From the NCBI RefSeq assembly GCF_963921235.1, contig NC_086097.1, positions 161,698,001 through 161,762,000 on the forward strand: DNA of 64,000 nt, given 5' to 3'. The notes under the pieces are model-generated. The model did no database searches and was not told the DNA's origin. It worked only from the letters and a program-made list of their open reading frames with translations. The stretch comes from Mobula hypostoma. Taxonomy: Eukaryota. How positions within the stretch are numbered: position 1 is the first letter of the stretch; each line of letters starts with the position of its first letter. Below are positions 11,130 through 24,439 of this stretch, in pieces. A program made the position numbers and the translations under genes.

Positions 11130-12720
11130 TCTTTCCTTATTATGAAATGGAGGTCACTGATGGCAAAGTAAAGATGGAGTAGAACACTGCCCTGAGGAAT
11201 TCCTACAGTGATGTCCTGGGTGTCGACTTCCCTCAGCCAAAGGACTTTAGATTCGGACCAAGGGAATAATTGTCAAACACAGTTTACCTAAGATTACATA
11301 CTGTTTATTAGCAAGCTTGTGTCTCAGTTGATACTACAGAGCCCCCGCTCATAGAACCTGGAAAATCTGTAATAAAGTGAGCCACAAGCACTGCCTGGGG
11401 CTGCTTGTCAAACATTTATTTTCACATAGTACTCTGATCATTGCCAGGCATCCTTGATTAGTGGTTACACAAAGCAGCTTTCTCATGCAACAAGCTCTCC
11501 TTTGTTCCTTGGTTATCTTACAACATTATTCTCACAGCGCAACTAATCAAGCTGCCAATAAGTCAGTTAGATTTTAGCTCTTTTAATTCTGTATGCAATT
11601 CCTCACTGGGCTGTGACAATATGCCCCCAATGACCATAATCATCTTCCTTTGTCTGAGGTGAGATTCTAAACATTGTAATGTTTTTCCCTTAACTTTGTT
11701 TTCCTAGGTCTCTTTGATGCCACACCTTGCCAAATACTACCTTGATATTAGGGACATGTTTGGTTTAAATCTGAATAGTCCTGCAAACCCAAAATTGCAT
11801 TGATAAACCAGTCAATGGTAAGTCGATGCCATTTGAGAGCACTGTTAAAGAGACCTTGAACACCTTAATGAAGACTGAGAATAGAATGATTGGGTGGATT
11901 GTCCATGAGCTGTCTTTTGTCAACAAAATGTACTTGGGCAATTTTCCACATGGTCAGTTAAATGCCAGTGCTGCAATGAAACTTGAGCAACTTAGCTGGA
12001 GGTGCAGCTTATCCTGGAGCAAAGGTCTTTGGAACTGCAGCCTCACGCAAGATCAGTGGAGTAGGCCAACTGGCCTTTCAAACCAGCCCAGCCATTCAAT
12101 AAGATTGCTATTTATTAGTACAGTTTCTTTAATCAGCATATTGTTGAGTTAGTGATTGAGGAGTTTTTCATAGAGTTCCCTAGTGTTTTAGTTTCTGCAT
12201 TATGATTCAGGCAACTGTCATCAGGCTTAATGGGACATATCCTGTGTGTTTCCCTTCCATCCTAATCAGATATATTCTGACCCACCCGCAGTCTTGCTTG
12301 TGTCATGCTCCTGGGAATTGACAGCAGACTAGTCTACACAAACTGTCTTGGCTCTAGTCTCTGCTGACTGGTGCTGATGTGGCTATACTCTATGCTCTGT
12401 AGATGGTGCACATTTGTCAGCACTGGCTTCATCACATAATTGCTCATTTTCCTGTGCAATGACAGCACTTGCCTCAATCAATATATGTAGGATTGTACTC
12501 TTATTATTTGGACATTCCCAACATTCAACTGGAAGGCATACACTCCCATCTCATGAAACTGGGACCTGCTTCCCTCAGATTTTATTGTTTCTCCTTATGC
12601 CCATTAGTTGGTGAGAATAGGTTAGTGATCCATACCACTCTCCTATGTCCACTAAAGTGTTGCATTGCCAGCACCTAATAATCTGTAGGTCATTAGGGCT
12701 GATGGTTAAGGTCAACTCAA
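11130..12720 (-). mobile_element. Ancient decayed LINE (CR1/L2 group) hosting the solo LTR
   Basis: agaacactgccctgaggaattcctacagtg reads as a GIPQGSVL RT motif on the minus strand; no long ORF. Confidence 0.45.
11221..11605 (-). mobile_element. Solo LTR (385 bp), ERV-like or LTR retrotransposon
   Basis: TG...CA termini flanked by perfect 5-bp direct repeat ctggg (11216-11220 and 11606-11610); interrupts an older repeat; minus-strand AATAAA near 11305; orientation tentative. Confidence 0.8.
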
Positions 12721-12899
12721 AACAATCCTGAGCAATTACAGGATCTGGTTCATAGTGTATGCATATAATGAAAATTAACTTGAAGGGATGCTTAGATTCT
12801 GCCCTGTTTCTTTCTATCTTAGTGGGTGATCTTCATGCCCTCTTCTTCTCACACAGCCTTCCACGGATGTTACATGTTATATCCTCCGGTTTTATATGC

Positions 12900-13915
12900 T
12901 AAATCTGGTAACGCCTTGCAAGATGCCTCAGCAAGGTTCCAGTGCCCTAAGAGTGACCACACCCACCATGGCAACCTTGTGATCTCACTTGCAATCTATC
13001 TACAAGAAACATCACTACTATGGAGTCTGTGGCTCACATAGTAACTATTCCAAGATCTGACACCTACTGGTGTCAAGCTTTCTACACCACCCCTCCTCCA
13101 CTCCACTGATGACTTTTTCTCCCATCTCTGGCATTCCTTTTTCAGTTGGACTTCCCCTTCTGGCTTATTACCCTCCCTAGATCTTTTTATTACCAATTGA
13201 CAAATGACTCAATCACAATTAGTCCATTTCCTGCAATTCTGCTCTCTCTCTTTTCTCTCCTGTTAGAACAACAGTCTTCTAGTCCTTCACCTTTCACCCC
13301 ACCAGCCTCTCCATCCAACACACATGCTCTACTATTTCAGCTAACCACTAGTTGCACCTTTCCCATCCCTCCCATTTTTGCTTTCTGCAGGAACTACTCT
13401 CTTCCCTAACCTGAACTCTGTCCATAATAGCCATCTCAAGATTCCAAATATATGTTACTTTAACTCTCCTGTCCATTCCCACACCAATCTATCAGTCCTC
13501 AGCCTTCACCATCACTATGGAGAAGCCCAAGAATAGCATCTCATATTCCATGCATGTAGCTTACAACCAATGTTATGGACACTGAATTTTCCAATTTCAG
13601 ATAACCCCCACCCCCCACAATCCCAGTGTTCATACTGTCACCAACTCACCTTGTTTCCTTCTCCCTTTGTTCATATTTCACATTCCCTCTCCTATCTAGT
13701 TCCATCTATCACCTACCAGCCTCAATCGTATAACTACCCCCTTGTATTGCTAATATACCAGCAATCTACCTACCTCCCTTTCAATCCTGATGCGGGGTCT
13801 TGACCCGAAATGCTGACTTATACATGCAGCCTTCACAGGTGCTGACTGACGTGCTGAATTTCAGTATTTTCTTTTTTTTGTTACAGATTCTAGTTTGGAG
13901 TCTCTTTTGTCTTTT
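12900..13915 (+). mobile_element. Penelope-like element, decayed RT C-terminus, GIY-YIG tail and terminal repeat
   Basis: ctagtccttcacctttcaccccaccagcctc (LVLTFHPTSL-like), HLIF...LQP...EFSNFR*-like tail at ~13535-13605, pyrimidine tract, degenerate hammerhead at 13783-13818. Confidence 0.7.
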
Positions 13916-14184
13916 CCTCCTAAGAAGTTGAGCTCAGGCCCTTTGAGCATTTAAGAAGATTTCATTATCCCTCCCTTCATTTTCCACCCTGAGTGCTCTT
14001 TACATATCCAACGTTCACTCTTTACATCACCCAGGGTTCTGAAAAATGGACATAATTATTCTTCCCCTTGGTTACATTTCAATTCTTATAATTGTGATAC
14101 CGTTCCTTGTGTCTAACATTCTTTTCAATCGTTCACACCTGGACTGAGCCAAATAGTCCCATATATTTTTTGGACCCACAGAAA

Positions 14185-16530
14185 ACATCCAGCTGAGATG
14201 TGGAACCTGGCCAAGTACTAAAGACCTGTACTGGTCAGTGAAATCAGTGAACTGGAGTGTTCACTGATACCTTTAAACTCTTGCTTCGGTAGTCTAAGGT
14301 ACTCCCTGCCTCAACCAGGCTTTTATTATAACAGCGCCTAAGAAGCATGTGGTAACCTGCCTCAGTGACCATCATCCAACAGCACTTCCATCCACTGTGA
14401 TCCACTGAGAGGTTGATAATGAAACACATCAACCCTTACCTGAGAAGGAACTTGGATCTGCTCCAATTTGCCTACTATCACAACAGGTCCACAGCAGATG
14501 CCATTTCACTGGCTCCTCCCTCAATTCTGAAACATCTGGACAGTGAAGATGCATACATCAGGATGCTTTTCATTGAGTACAGCTCAGCATTTAACACCAT
14601 CATCCTCTCAAAACTAATCAATAAGCTTCAATACCTTAGCCTCAATACCTTCTTATGCAATTGGATCCTTGACTTCCTCATTTGCAGACTTGTCAGTCTG
14701 GATTGAAAAAAAATCTCCTCCACAATCTCCATCAGCACACATGCACTACAAGGCTGCGCACTTAGCCCCCAGCACTATTTGCTTTATACTTATGACTATG
14801 AAGCTAAGCACAACTCCAATGCCATATTTAAGTTTACTGATGACACCACTATCAGCAGCATTTTGGGCTGCTGCTCGTGAAAATCACCATGAAATTTCCT
14901 TACACATACCATTTCTTGAAATTTCAATTCAAAATTCAAGTCAATTAAAATGTTGCCCACGATGTAAGCTGAAAATGATGCATGAGCCAGAAAAGGAAAC
15001 TGACACCGATACTAATGCAGATTTTGAACTCTTTATGTCAAGTAAGCCTCATCTAATAACGCAATCTGAGTTAAATGACCAGGTCAGAGACTTGGGTTTG
15101 TCAAAAGCAAAAGCAGAATTACTGGGTTCAAGACCGCAAGGATGGAATCTGCTGTTGCCAGGCACAAGAATTTCCATGAAGGATTTCAGTATTTGAGGCA
15201 GATGTCTCCCAGAATAACTGATGCCAAAATTAAGGAAGGCATTTTTGTTGGTCCACAATCAAAAAGTTTATCAATGACAGGTAAACCGAAGAACTTGCTG
15301 TGGGATTGGAGAAAATCATATGGAAGACATTCAAGGATGTTGTCAAAAATTTTCCTGGCAACTACAAAGCACCAAGCTATGTGCAGCTGATTGACAACAT
15401 GGTTCAAGAATACAAAACCACGAAGTGCAAAACGTCACTAAAGATTCATTTTCTACATTCCCATTTAGACTTCTTCACAAATCTTGGTGCTGTCAGTGAT
15501 GAAAATGGTGAAAGGTTTCACCAGGACATTGCAGTCATGAAGACATGGAATCAGGGCAAATGGGATCCACCAGTGCTGATTGATTATTGTTGGACATTTA
15601 AGCCAGGAGCCTTAGACACCGGATACAAATGGAAACCATCAACAAAACATTTTTAACTTAGTTGAACTATTTCAAAGCATCAGCACCATTATGCAATTAA
15701 ATGCATTATATTCAATAAAGGATAATTTCTTGTTTCTCTATATTCCTATGTGATACGAGTAGTCTGAAAGAGTATTTGTGTTCAGCATTGATGTTCTATC
15801 ATAACCACAAAATAATTCTGTGGAAGCAACAGTTTCAAAAAAATTGCTGTCCAGTGTTATTGACTTCAGGAGGAGGAAACCCAATGTCCATGAGCCAGTT
15901 CTAATCAGGGGATTAGAAGTGGAGAGGGTCAACTTTCAATTCCTCAGTGTTATAATTTCAGAGGATCTATCCTATGTCCAGCACATAAGTGCGGGTACAA
16001 AGAAAACATGGCAGTGTCTCTACCTCCTTGGATGTTTGCAAAGATTTGGCATGACATCTGAAACATTGACAAACTTCTATAGATGTGTGGAGAGTATATT
16101 GACTGGTTGCATCATAGCCTGCTATGGAAACAGCAATGCACCTGAATAGCAAATCCTACAAAAAGTAATGGACATGGCCCAGACCCATCACCGGTAGCAC
16201 CCTCCCATTCACTGAGCACTTCTACATAAGAGTGATGTCACAAGAAAGCAGCATCCATCATCAACGATTCCCACCATCCAGGTCATGCTCGTTTCTCACT
16301 GCTGCCGAAAGGAAGAAAGTACAGGAGCCTCAGGACCCACACCACCAAGTTCAGGAACAGTTATTACCCCTTATCCATCAGGTTCTTGAACCAGAGGGAA
16401 TAACCACTCAACCTCACTCACCCTGTCACCGAACTGCATCAACTGCCTACTGACTTATTTTGTTTGTTCGTTTATTTATTATTTTGTATTTGCAGTTTGT
16501 TGTCTTTTACACATTGGTTGTTTGTTTGTC
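14185..16530 (+). mobile_element. Rex1/Babar-type LINE RT and 3' end, interrupted by a DNA transposon
   Basis: [37 protein letters not shown], then resumes IDFRR...ESILTGCIIACYGN after 15856. Confidence 0.85.
14860..15856 (+). mobile_element. DNA transposon remnant, probable Chapaev3 (CMC) transposase, internally deleted
   Basis: QSELNDQVRDLGLSKAKAELLGSR, DAKIKEGIFVGPQ, SLKIHFLHSHLDFF..LGAVSDENGERFHQDI...DYCW; right end aaaaattgctgtccagtg followed by tta. Confidence 0.7.
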
Positions 16531-16539
16531 CTATTGTTT

Positions 16540-19150
16540 CTTTAAGGGGAAATCTGTTGGTCCTTGCTTGACAAATCTGTTGGAATTCTTTGGAGAAATA
16601 ACAGGCAGGATAGATAAAGGAGAGTCAGTGGATGCTTTTAACTTAGATTTTCAAAAGGCCTTTGACAAGGTGCTGCACATGAGAATGCCATGGTATTACA
16701 GGAAAGATACTAGCATGGATAGAAGATTGGCTAACTGGCAGGAGACAAAAGTGGGAATAAAGGGGGTCTTTTCAAGTAGGCTAATGGTGACTATTGGTGC
16801 TCTGCAGGGTTTGACGTTGGGACTGATCCTTTTCCTGTTATATACCAATGATTTCGATGGCGGAAAAGATGACTTTGTGACCAAGTTTGTGGAAAATATT
16901 AAGACCGGTGGAGGGTCAAGTAGTACTGAGGAACCAGGAGCCTGCAGAAGGATATAGACAGATTAAGAAAATGAGCAAAGAAGTGACGGATGGAATATAG
17001 TATAGGGAAGTATATGGTTATGCATTTTGGTAGAAGGACTAAAAAGATAGAGTATTTTCTAAATGGGAGGAAAATTCCAAAATTAGAGGTGCAAAAAGAC
17101 TTTGGAGTCATCATGCAGTATTCCCCAAATTTTAACTTGCAGGTTGAGTCAGTGGTAAGGAAGGCAAATGCAATGTCAGCATTCATTTCCCGAAGACTAT
17201 AATATATAAGGATGCATGTAATGCTGAGGATTTATGAGGCACTGGTCAGACCACATGAAGAATATGTAGGCAGTTTTGGTCCTCTTATTTAAGAAAGGAT
17301 AGAAACACAGGAACATAGAAAACCTACTGCACAATACAGACCCTTTAGTCCACAATACTGTGCTGAACATGTTCTTACTTTAGAAATTACCTTGGTTTAC
17401 CCATAGCTCTCTATTTCTCTAAGCTCCATGTACCTATCTAGAAGTCCCTCAAAAGACCCCACTGTATCCACCTCCACCACCGTCACCAGCAGCCCATTCC
17501 ACGCTCTCACCACTCTCTGCATGAAAAACTTACCCCGACAACTCCTCTGTACCTACTTCCAAGCACCTTAAAACTGTGCCCTCTCATGTTAGCCATTTCA
17601 GCCCCGGGAAAAAGCCTCTGACTATCCACACGATCAATGCCTCTCATCATCTTATACACCTCTGTCAGGTCACCTCTCATCCTCCGTCACTCCAAGGGGA
17701 AAAGGCCAAGTTCACTCAACCTATTCTCATAAGGCATGCTTCCCAATCCAGGCAACATCCTTGTAAATCTCCTCTGCACCCTTTCTGTAGTTTCCACATC
17801 CTTCCTGTAGTGAGGTGACCAGAACTGAGTACAGTACTCCAAGTGGCATCTGACCAGGGTCCTATATAGCTGTAACATTACCTCTCAGCTTTTGAACTCA
17901 GTCCCATGTTGATGAAGGCCAATGCACCGTATGTCCTCTTAACTACACAGTCAACTTACGCAGCAGCTTTGAGTGTCCTATATTCTCGACCCCAAGATCC
18001 CTCTGATCCTCCACACTGCCAAGAGTCTTACTATTAATACTATATTCTGCCATCATATTTGACCTATCAAAATCAACCACCTCACATTTGAACTCAATTT
18101 ACCACTTCTCAGCTCAGCTTTGCATCCTATTGATGTCCCGTTGTAACCTCTGACAGCCCTCCACACTATCCACAACACCTCCAATCTTTGTGTCATCAGC
18201 AAATTTACTAATCCATCCCTCCGCTTCCTCATCCAGGTCATTTACAAAAATCATGAAGAGAAGAGGTCCCAGAACAGATCTTTGAGGCACACCATTGTCA
18301 CCAACCTCCAGGAGGAATATCACCCGTCTACAACCACTCTTTGCCTTCTGTGGGCAAGTCAGTTCAGGATCCACAAAGCAAGGTCCCCTTGGATCCTACG
18401 CCTCCTTACTTTCTCAATAAACTTTGCATGGGGTACCTTATCAAATGCCTTGCTGAAATCCATACACACTACAACTACTGCTCTTCCTTCATCAATGTGT
18501 TTAGTCACATCCTCAAAAAATTCAAACAGACTCGTCAGGCGCGACCTGCCTTTGACAAAGCCATGCTGACTATTCTTAATCATATTATGCCTCTCCAAAT
18601 GTTCATAAATTCTGCCTCTCAGGATCTTCTCCATCAACTTATCAACCAGGGAAATAAGACTCACTGGTCTATAATTTCCTGGGCTATCTCTACTTCCTTT
18701 CTTCAATAAGGGAACAACATCTGCAACCCTCCAATCCTCCGGAACCTCCCCCGTTCCCACTGATGATGCTAAGATCATTGCCAGAGGCTCAGCAATTCTC
18801 CTCCTTCGCCTCCCACAATAGCCTGGGGTATATCTTGTCCAGTCCTGGTGACTTATCCAACTTGATGCTGTCCAAAAGCTCCAGCACATCCTCTTTCTTA
18901 ATGTCCATATGCTCAAACTTTTCAGTCTGCTGTAAGTCATCCCTACAATCACCAAGGTCCTTTTCCATAGTGAATACTGAAGCAAAGTATTCATTAAGTA
19001 ATGAATTCATTAAGGATATGCTGGCATTGGAGAGGGTGCAGAGAAGGTTCATGAGAATGATCCAAGCAATATTAAATCAGCCATGGATTGAATAGTGGAT
19101 CGATATCAATGGGCTGAATGGCCTAATTCTGCTCCTGTGTCTTATAGTCT
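16540..19150 (+). mobile_element. CR1 LINE RT and 3' end, host of a nested antisense CR1
   Basis: CLTNLLEFF, LDFQKAFDKV, MHFGRR; breaks at 17301 and resumes KDMLALERVQRRF at 19012. Confidence 0.85.
17302..19011 (-). mobile_element. 5'-truncated CR1 LINE nested antisense in another CR1
   Basis: ORFs NEYFASVFT, PGNYRPVSL, KFADDTK, LEYCTQFWSP; flanked by aaggata at 17295-17301 and 19012-19018. Confidence 0.9.
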
Positions 19151-19159
19151 GACGGTCTA

Positions 19160-20085
19160 GCGGTGAAGGAGAAGGATAGGATTGAAGCCAAAATATCATC
19201 AAAGCTTGAATAAAGAAAAAAATGGCAGATTGTGCCATGTATGGAGAACTGGAAATAAAGCATGGCTTGAAAAAAGTAGGGGAAGATTGCAAGAATGTTT
19301 ACAAAATGAAATTGGGAGGGTAAAGAAGGAGAAAAGAATATCATGTTGCTCAAAAATAAGGAAAATTACAATGCATTTTATACTTACAGTAACAAGATTA
19401 CCAGGAAAAGACTAGGGCCAGCTATTGATCAATGGAGCAATATGTGAGTGGATCCAGAGGACATAATGAATACTTCTCACTTATAATGACTGATGAGAAG
19501 GACAACACAGTCTTTGAATTCGGGGAGGGGAAGCAGCAAGTTACCGTTAAAAAGGAGAAGTAGATGAATTAGTAAGATTATATTTGAATAAATCTCCAGA
19601 GCCTGATAAAATACATCCTAGGCTGCTGTGGGAGGCAAAGGAAAGATTGCTGGTGGTTTGGCAGAGTCTTTGCTAAAAGTAAATGAGGTGCCAGATGATA
19701 GAAGAACAGTAAATGTGGTACCCTTTTTCAAAAACATCAACAGGTACAGAACAAAGAGTCTATGGATAGGGTAAATGCAAGCAGACTTTTTCCACTGATG
19801 TGGGGTGGGACTATAATGAGAGGTCATGGGTTGAGGGTGAAAGGTGAAAAGATTAAAGGGAATATGAGGGGAAATGGCTTCACTCAGAAGATAGTGAGGG
19901 TGTGGAATGCATAAGTGGTACATGCAAGTGGTGATTTCAATGTTTAAGAGAAGTTTGGAGAGGGACATGGATAGTCAAGATTTGGAGGACTATGATCTGG
20001 GTGCAGGTCGATGGGAGTACACAGTTCGGCATGGACTAGATGGGCCAAAGGCCCTGTTTCTGTGCTGTACTTTTCTATGACCCTG
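19160..20085 (+). mobile_element. Decayed CR1 fragments
   Basis: aatgaatacttc, aaatctccagagcctgat, aggctgctgtgggaggcaa and a CR1-type 3' UTR ending ttttctatgac. Confidence 0.65.
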
Positions 20086-20844
20086 AGAAAATTAGGGGAA
20101 AAACTCATAGGTCAGGCCTTTTTTGTAGAGAGAAAACAAAATAAACTTTTCAGTTGATTTTGTCAGATTGATCCATGTTAATGAAAATTGGAATGGGAGT
20201 GATATCAAAAAATCATGGAAACCGTTAAAGTAATTATTTAGAAATGCATAGATCAATCAACAGTAGTCCAAATATTTTATGACAAATTGGATAGGGATTC
20301 TTGTAATCTTCAAATGGATAGAAAAAAGTGAAGTAAGAATAGTGGAGTGACTGCCGTAAATGGACAGTTGACGGACTTTGACATGGATAAACATGAGATA
20401 ATTTCCATAACTGGAAAGATACTTAAGTGTAGAAATGAAAACAGAAAACTGCAGATTTAAAAACACAGTTCCCAAAGTGTGAAAGCAGTTAGGTAACTGC
20501 ATGAAGATGGCAACAACTTGTATTTAACATACCAAAATGCCCCAAGGAATTTAAGCATTTTTTACACAAAGTTAAATGAGATACTATAATTTCAGTAGAG
20601 TTCATAAGTTGAAATTTGGCAGAGCTTGGGGACTGTAAATTTATGTTACTAACTAGACTAAATTATAATTAATATTATGTATAAATGATTGAAGACCTAA
20701 ATCTTGCAGAAATTAAAGTATGACACACATGGCAGGGTAGTTGATGTCCTGTTGTTGCAGCATAATGAAGCTGGTGGAGACCACCATACCTAACTACAGC
20801 TACAATATCGAACATTACCTGGAAGAATTTAAATTCGATCAGAT

Positions 20845-23800
20845 TATAAGACATTGGAGCAGAATTAGACCATTTGGCCCATCGAGTCTACTCCACCATT
20901 CAATTATGGCCGATCCTTTTTAACCCTCCTCAGCCCCACTCCCAAGCTTTCTCCCCGAAACCTTTGATGCCCTGTCCAATCAAGAACCTATCAAGCTCTG
21001 CTTTAAATACACCCAATGACCTGGCCTTCACAGCTGCCAGTAGTAAAAAATTTCACAAATTCACCATCCTCTGGCTAAAGAAATTTCTCCACATCTCTGT
21101 TTTAAATAGACACCCCTCTATCCTAAGGCTGTGCCCTCTTGTTCTAGACGCCCCACCATGGGAAACATCTTTTCGACATCTACTCTGTCTAGGCCTTTTA
21201 CATTCGAAAGTTTCAAGGAGATCCCCCCTCATCCTTCTAAGTTCCAGCAAATACAGACCCAGAGCTATCAAACATTCCTCGTATGATAACCCTTTCATTC
21301 TCAGAATTATACTTGTGAACGTCCTCTGAACCCTCTCCAATGCCAGCACATCTTTTCTTCAATGAGGAGCCCAAAACTGTTCACAATACTCATTGTGAGG
21401 CCTTACCAGTGCCTTATAAAGCCAGAGCAGCACATTCCCATTCTTGTATTCTAGACCACTTAAAATGAATGCTAATATTGCATTTGCCTTCCTCAGCACC
21501 GACTCTACCTGCAAGTTAACCTTTAGGGTGTTCTGCACGAGGATTTCCAAGTCCCTCTGCATCTCAGATTTTTTGGATTTTCTCCCCGTTTAGAAAATAG
21601 TCTGCACAGTTATTTCTTCTACCAAAGTGCATGATCATGCATTTCCCAACATTATATTTCATTTGCTACTTTCTTGCCCATTCTTCTAATCTGTCTAAGT
21701 CCTTCTGTAGCCTACCTGTTTCCTCAACACTACAGCCTCTCCACCAATCTTCGTATCATCTGGAAACTTGGTAACAAAGCCATCTATTCCATCATCTAAA
21801 TCATTGATATGCAGCATAAAAAGAAGTGGTCTCAACACCAACCCCTGCGGAACACCACTAGTCATTGGCAGCCAACTAGAAAAGGATCCTTTTATTCCCA
21901 CTCACTGCCCCCTACCAATCAGCCAATGCTGTAACCATGCCAATAGGTACACTTAATGTCAGAGAAATGCATAAAATATACATCTTGAAATTCTTATTCT
22001 TCACAAACATCCACGAAAACAAAGTTCCCCAAAGAGTGAATGACAGTTAAATGTTAGAACCCCAAAACCCCCCAGCTCCCCCTCCCACGCATAAGCAGCA
22101 GCAAAGCAACACCCCCCCACCATCAAAAAAGCATCGACACCCCCCATTGAGCACTTAGTCGTGCAAAGTGTCAATAAAGACACAGACTTGCAGTACCCCA
22201 AAGACTACTCATTCACCTGGTAATTCGGCATACCACAGGCTCCCTCTCTCCCTAATAAGGGAAAAAGAGGTGTCCCTGTTTCACAGTAACTTTCCTGTAA
22301 TACCATGAGCTCTTAACTTGGTAAGCAGCCTCATGTGTGACACCCTGTCAAAGGTCTTCTCCCCTTTATGTATCCTACTTATAATCTCCTCAAAGAATTC
22401 CAACAGATTTTTCAGGCAAGATTTTCCCTTAAGGAAACTGTGCTGACTTTGTCCTATCTTGTCTTGTGTCACCAAGTGCTCCATAACCTCATCCTTAACA
22501 ATTAACTCCAACATCTTCCCAACCACTGAGGTCAGGCTAACTGGCGTAATTTCCTTTCTACTACCTTCCTCCTTTCTTAATGTGTGGAGTGACGTCTGCA
22601 GTTTTCCAGTCCCCTGGCATCATGCCAAAGTCCAATGATTTTTGAAACATCATTACAAATGCCTCCACAATCTTTACTGCTACCTGTTTCAGAACCCTAG
22701 GGTGCAGTTCATCTGGTCAGGGTACCTTTAGGTCTTTCAGCTTTTTAAGCACCTTCTCCCGTGTAATACTGACTGCACTCCCTTCTCTTCCCTCACACCC
22801 TTCAACATCTGGTACACTGCTCGTGCCTTCACAGTGAAGACTGATGCAAAGTACTCATTTAGTTCATCTGCCATCTCCTTGTTCCCTTTTATTATTTCTC
22901 TGGCCTTATTTCCTCGCAGTCCTATATCCACTCTCCTCTCTCTTTTATTTTTTACATACTTGGGAAAGCTTTTACGGTCCATTTTGATATTGTTTGCTTG
23001 CTTGCTTTCATATTTCATCTTTTCCCTCATAATGATTCTTTTAATTGCTCTCTGTAGGTTTTTAAAAGCTTCCCAATCCTCTATCTTCCTGCTAATTTTA
23101 GCTTTGATGTATGCCCTCTCTTTTGCTTTTACATTAGCTTCAACTTCCCTTGTCAGCCACAGTTGTACTATTTTGCCATTTGACTTTATTTTCTTCCAAT
23201 CAAATTTCAAGTTGAACCCAATCACATCCTGATCACTGCCTCTTCTTTTACCACAAGCTCCCTAACCACCTCCAGTTCATTACATAACACCCAATCCAGT
23301 ATAGCTGATCCCCTAGGCTCAACAACAAACTGCTCTAAAAAGTCATTTCATCGGTATTCAACAAACTCACTCTCTTGAGATCCATTACCAACCTGATTTT
23401 CCCAATCAACCTGCATGTTGAAATCTCCCATGACTATCATAACATTGCCCTTTTGACACACCTTTTCTATTTCCCATTGTAATGTGTGGTCTACATCCCA
23501 GCTACTATTGGGAGGCCTGTATATAACTGCCATGAGGGTCCTTTTACCCTTGCAATTTCTTAACTCAACCCACAAGAATTCAATATATTCTGATCCTATG
23601 TCACATCTTTCTAATGACTTGATGCCATTTTTTACTGGCAGAGCCAAGCCATCCCCTCTGCCTACCTTCCTATCCCTCCAATACAAAGTATAACCTTGGA
23701 CATTCAACACCCAACTATCCTTCAGCCATGATTCAGTTATGGCCACAACATCATACATGACAACCTGTAATAGTGCAACAAGATCATCCACCTTATTTCT

Positions 23801-24305
23801 TATACTCCGTGCACTGAGATCTAACACTTTGAGTGCTGTATTTGCTTCCCTTTTTGATTCTGCATCCCCAATGCACTGATACTCACCCTGCTGCCTGCAG
23901 TTTTATCCTATCATTTGCCTGCTCTTCTTGACGGGCTGAATGCATGCTATCTTTGCTTTTTTACCATCTGCCCTATCCTGAGTCCCTTCAATCCACTTCC
24001 CAACCCCATGCCAAATTAGTTCAAACCCTCTCCAACAAACCTGCCCACAAGAATAATGGACCCCTTGGGCTCAGGTGCAACCCGTCTCTTTTGTACAGGT
24101 CATACCTCCCCCAGAAGAGATCCCAATAATCCCAGAACCTGAAGCCGTGCCCCCTGTACCAGCTTCTCAGCCATGCGTTTATATGCCAGGTCATCCTGTT
24201 TCTACCCTCACTGGTGCTGGCACAGGCAGGAATCCAGAAATTAGTACCTACAAGGTACTGCTTCTCAGCTTTCTACATAGCTCTCTAAATTCTCTTTTCA
24301 GGACC
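20845..24305 (-). mobile_element. Long CR1 LINE (ORF1 tail, APE, RT, 3' UTR), disabled
   Basis: ORF 23348-23827 ARSIRNK, AITESWL, IYRPP, MGDFN; RT motifs in 22281-22526 and 21695-21901; internal deletion and frameshifts. Confidence 0.9.
21955..22285 (-). mobile_element. Short non-coding insertion in CR1 (SINE-like or LINE 3' UTR)
   Basis: Interrupts CR1 between aaccatgccaa and agtaactttcctgtaatacc; no RT similarity. Confidence 0.6.
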
Positions 24306-24439
24306 CACAGAGAATCAATTCAGCGTTGAACTGAAATCCAGATTTCAAAGAATCTGATTTAGTAGGAAGGGAAAATGTTATCTAGTCATTTTGTTCTAGG
24401 CGGCAGTCACACCCTTAAGTTAAGTACAGTGGATTTGGT

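Noticed and set aside
14669..15196. 175-aa ORF
   Set aside because: Chimera of an off-frame Rex segment and the transposase remnant
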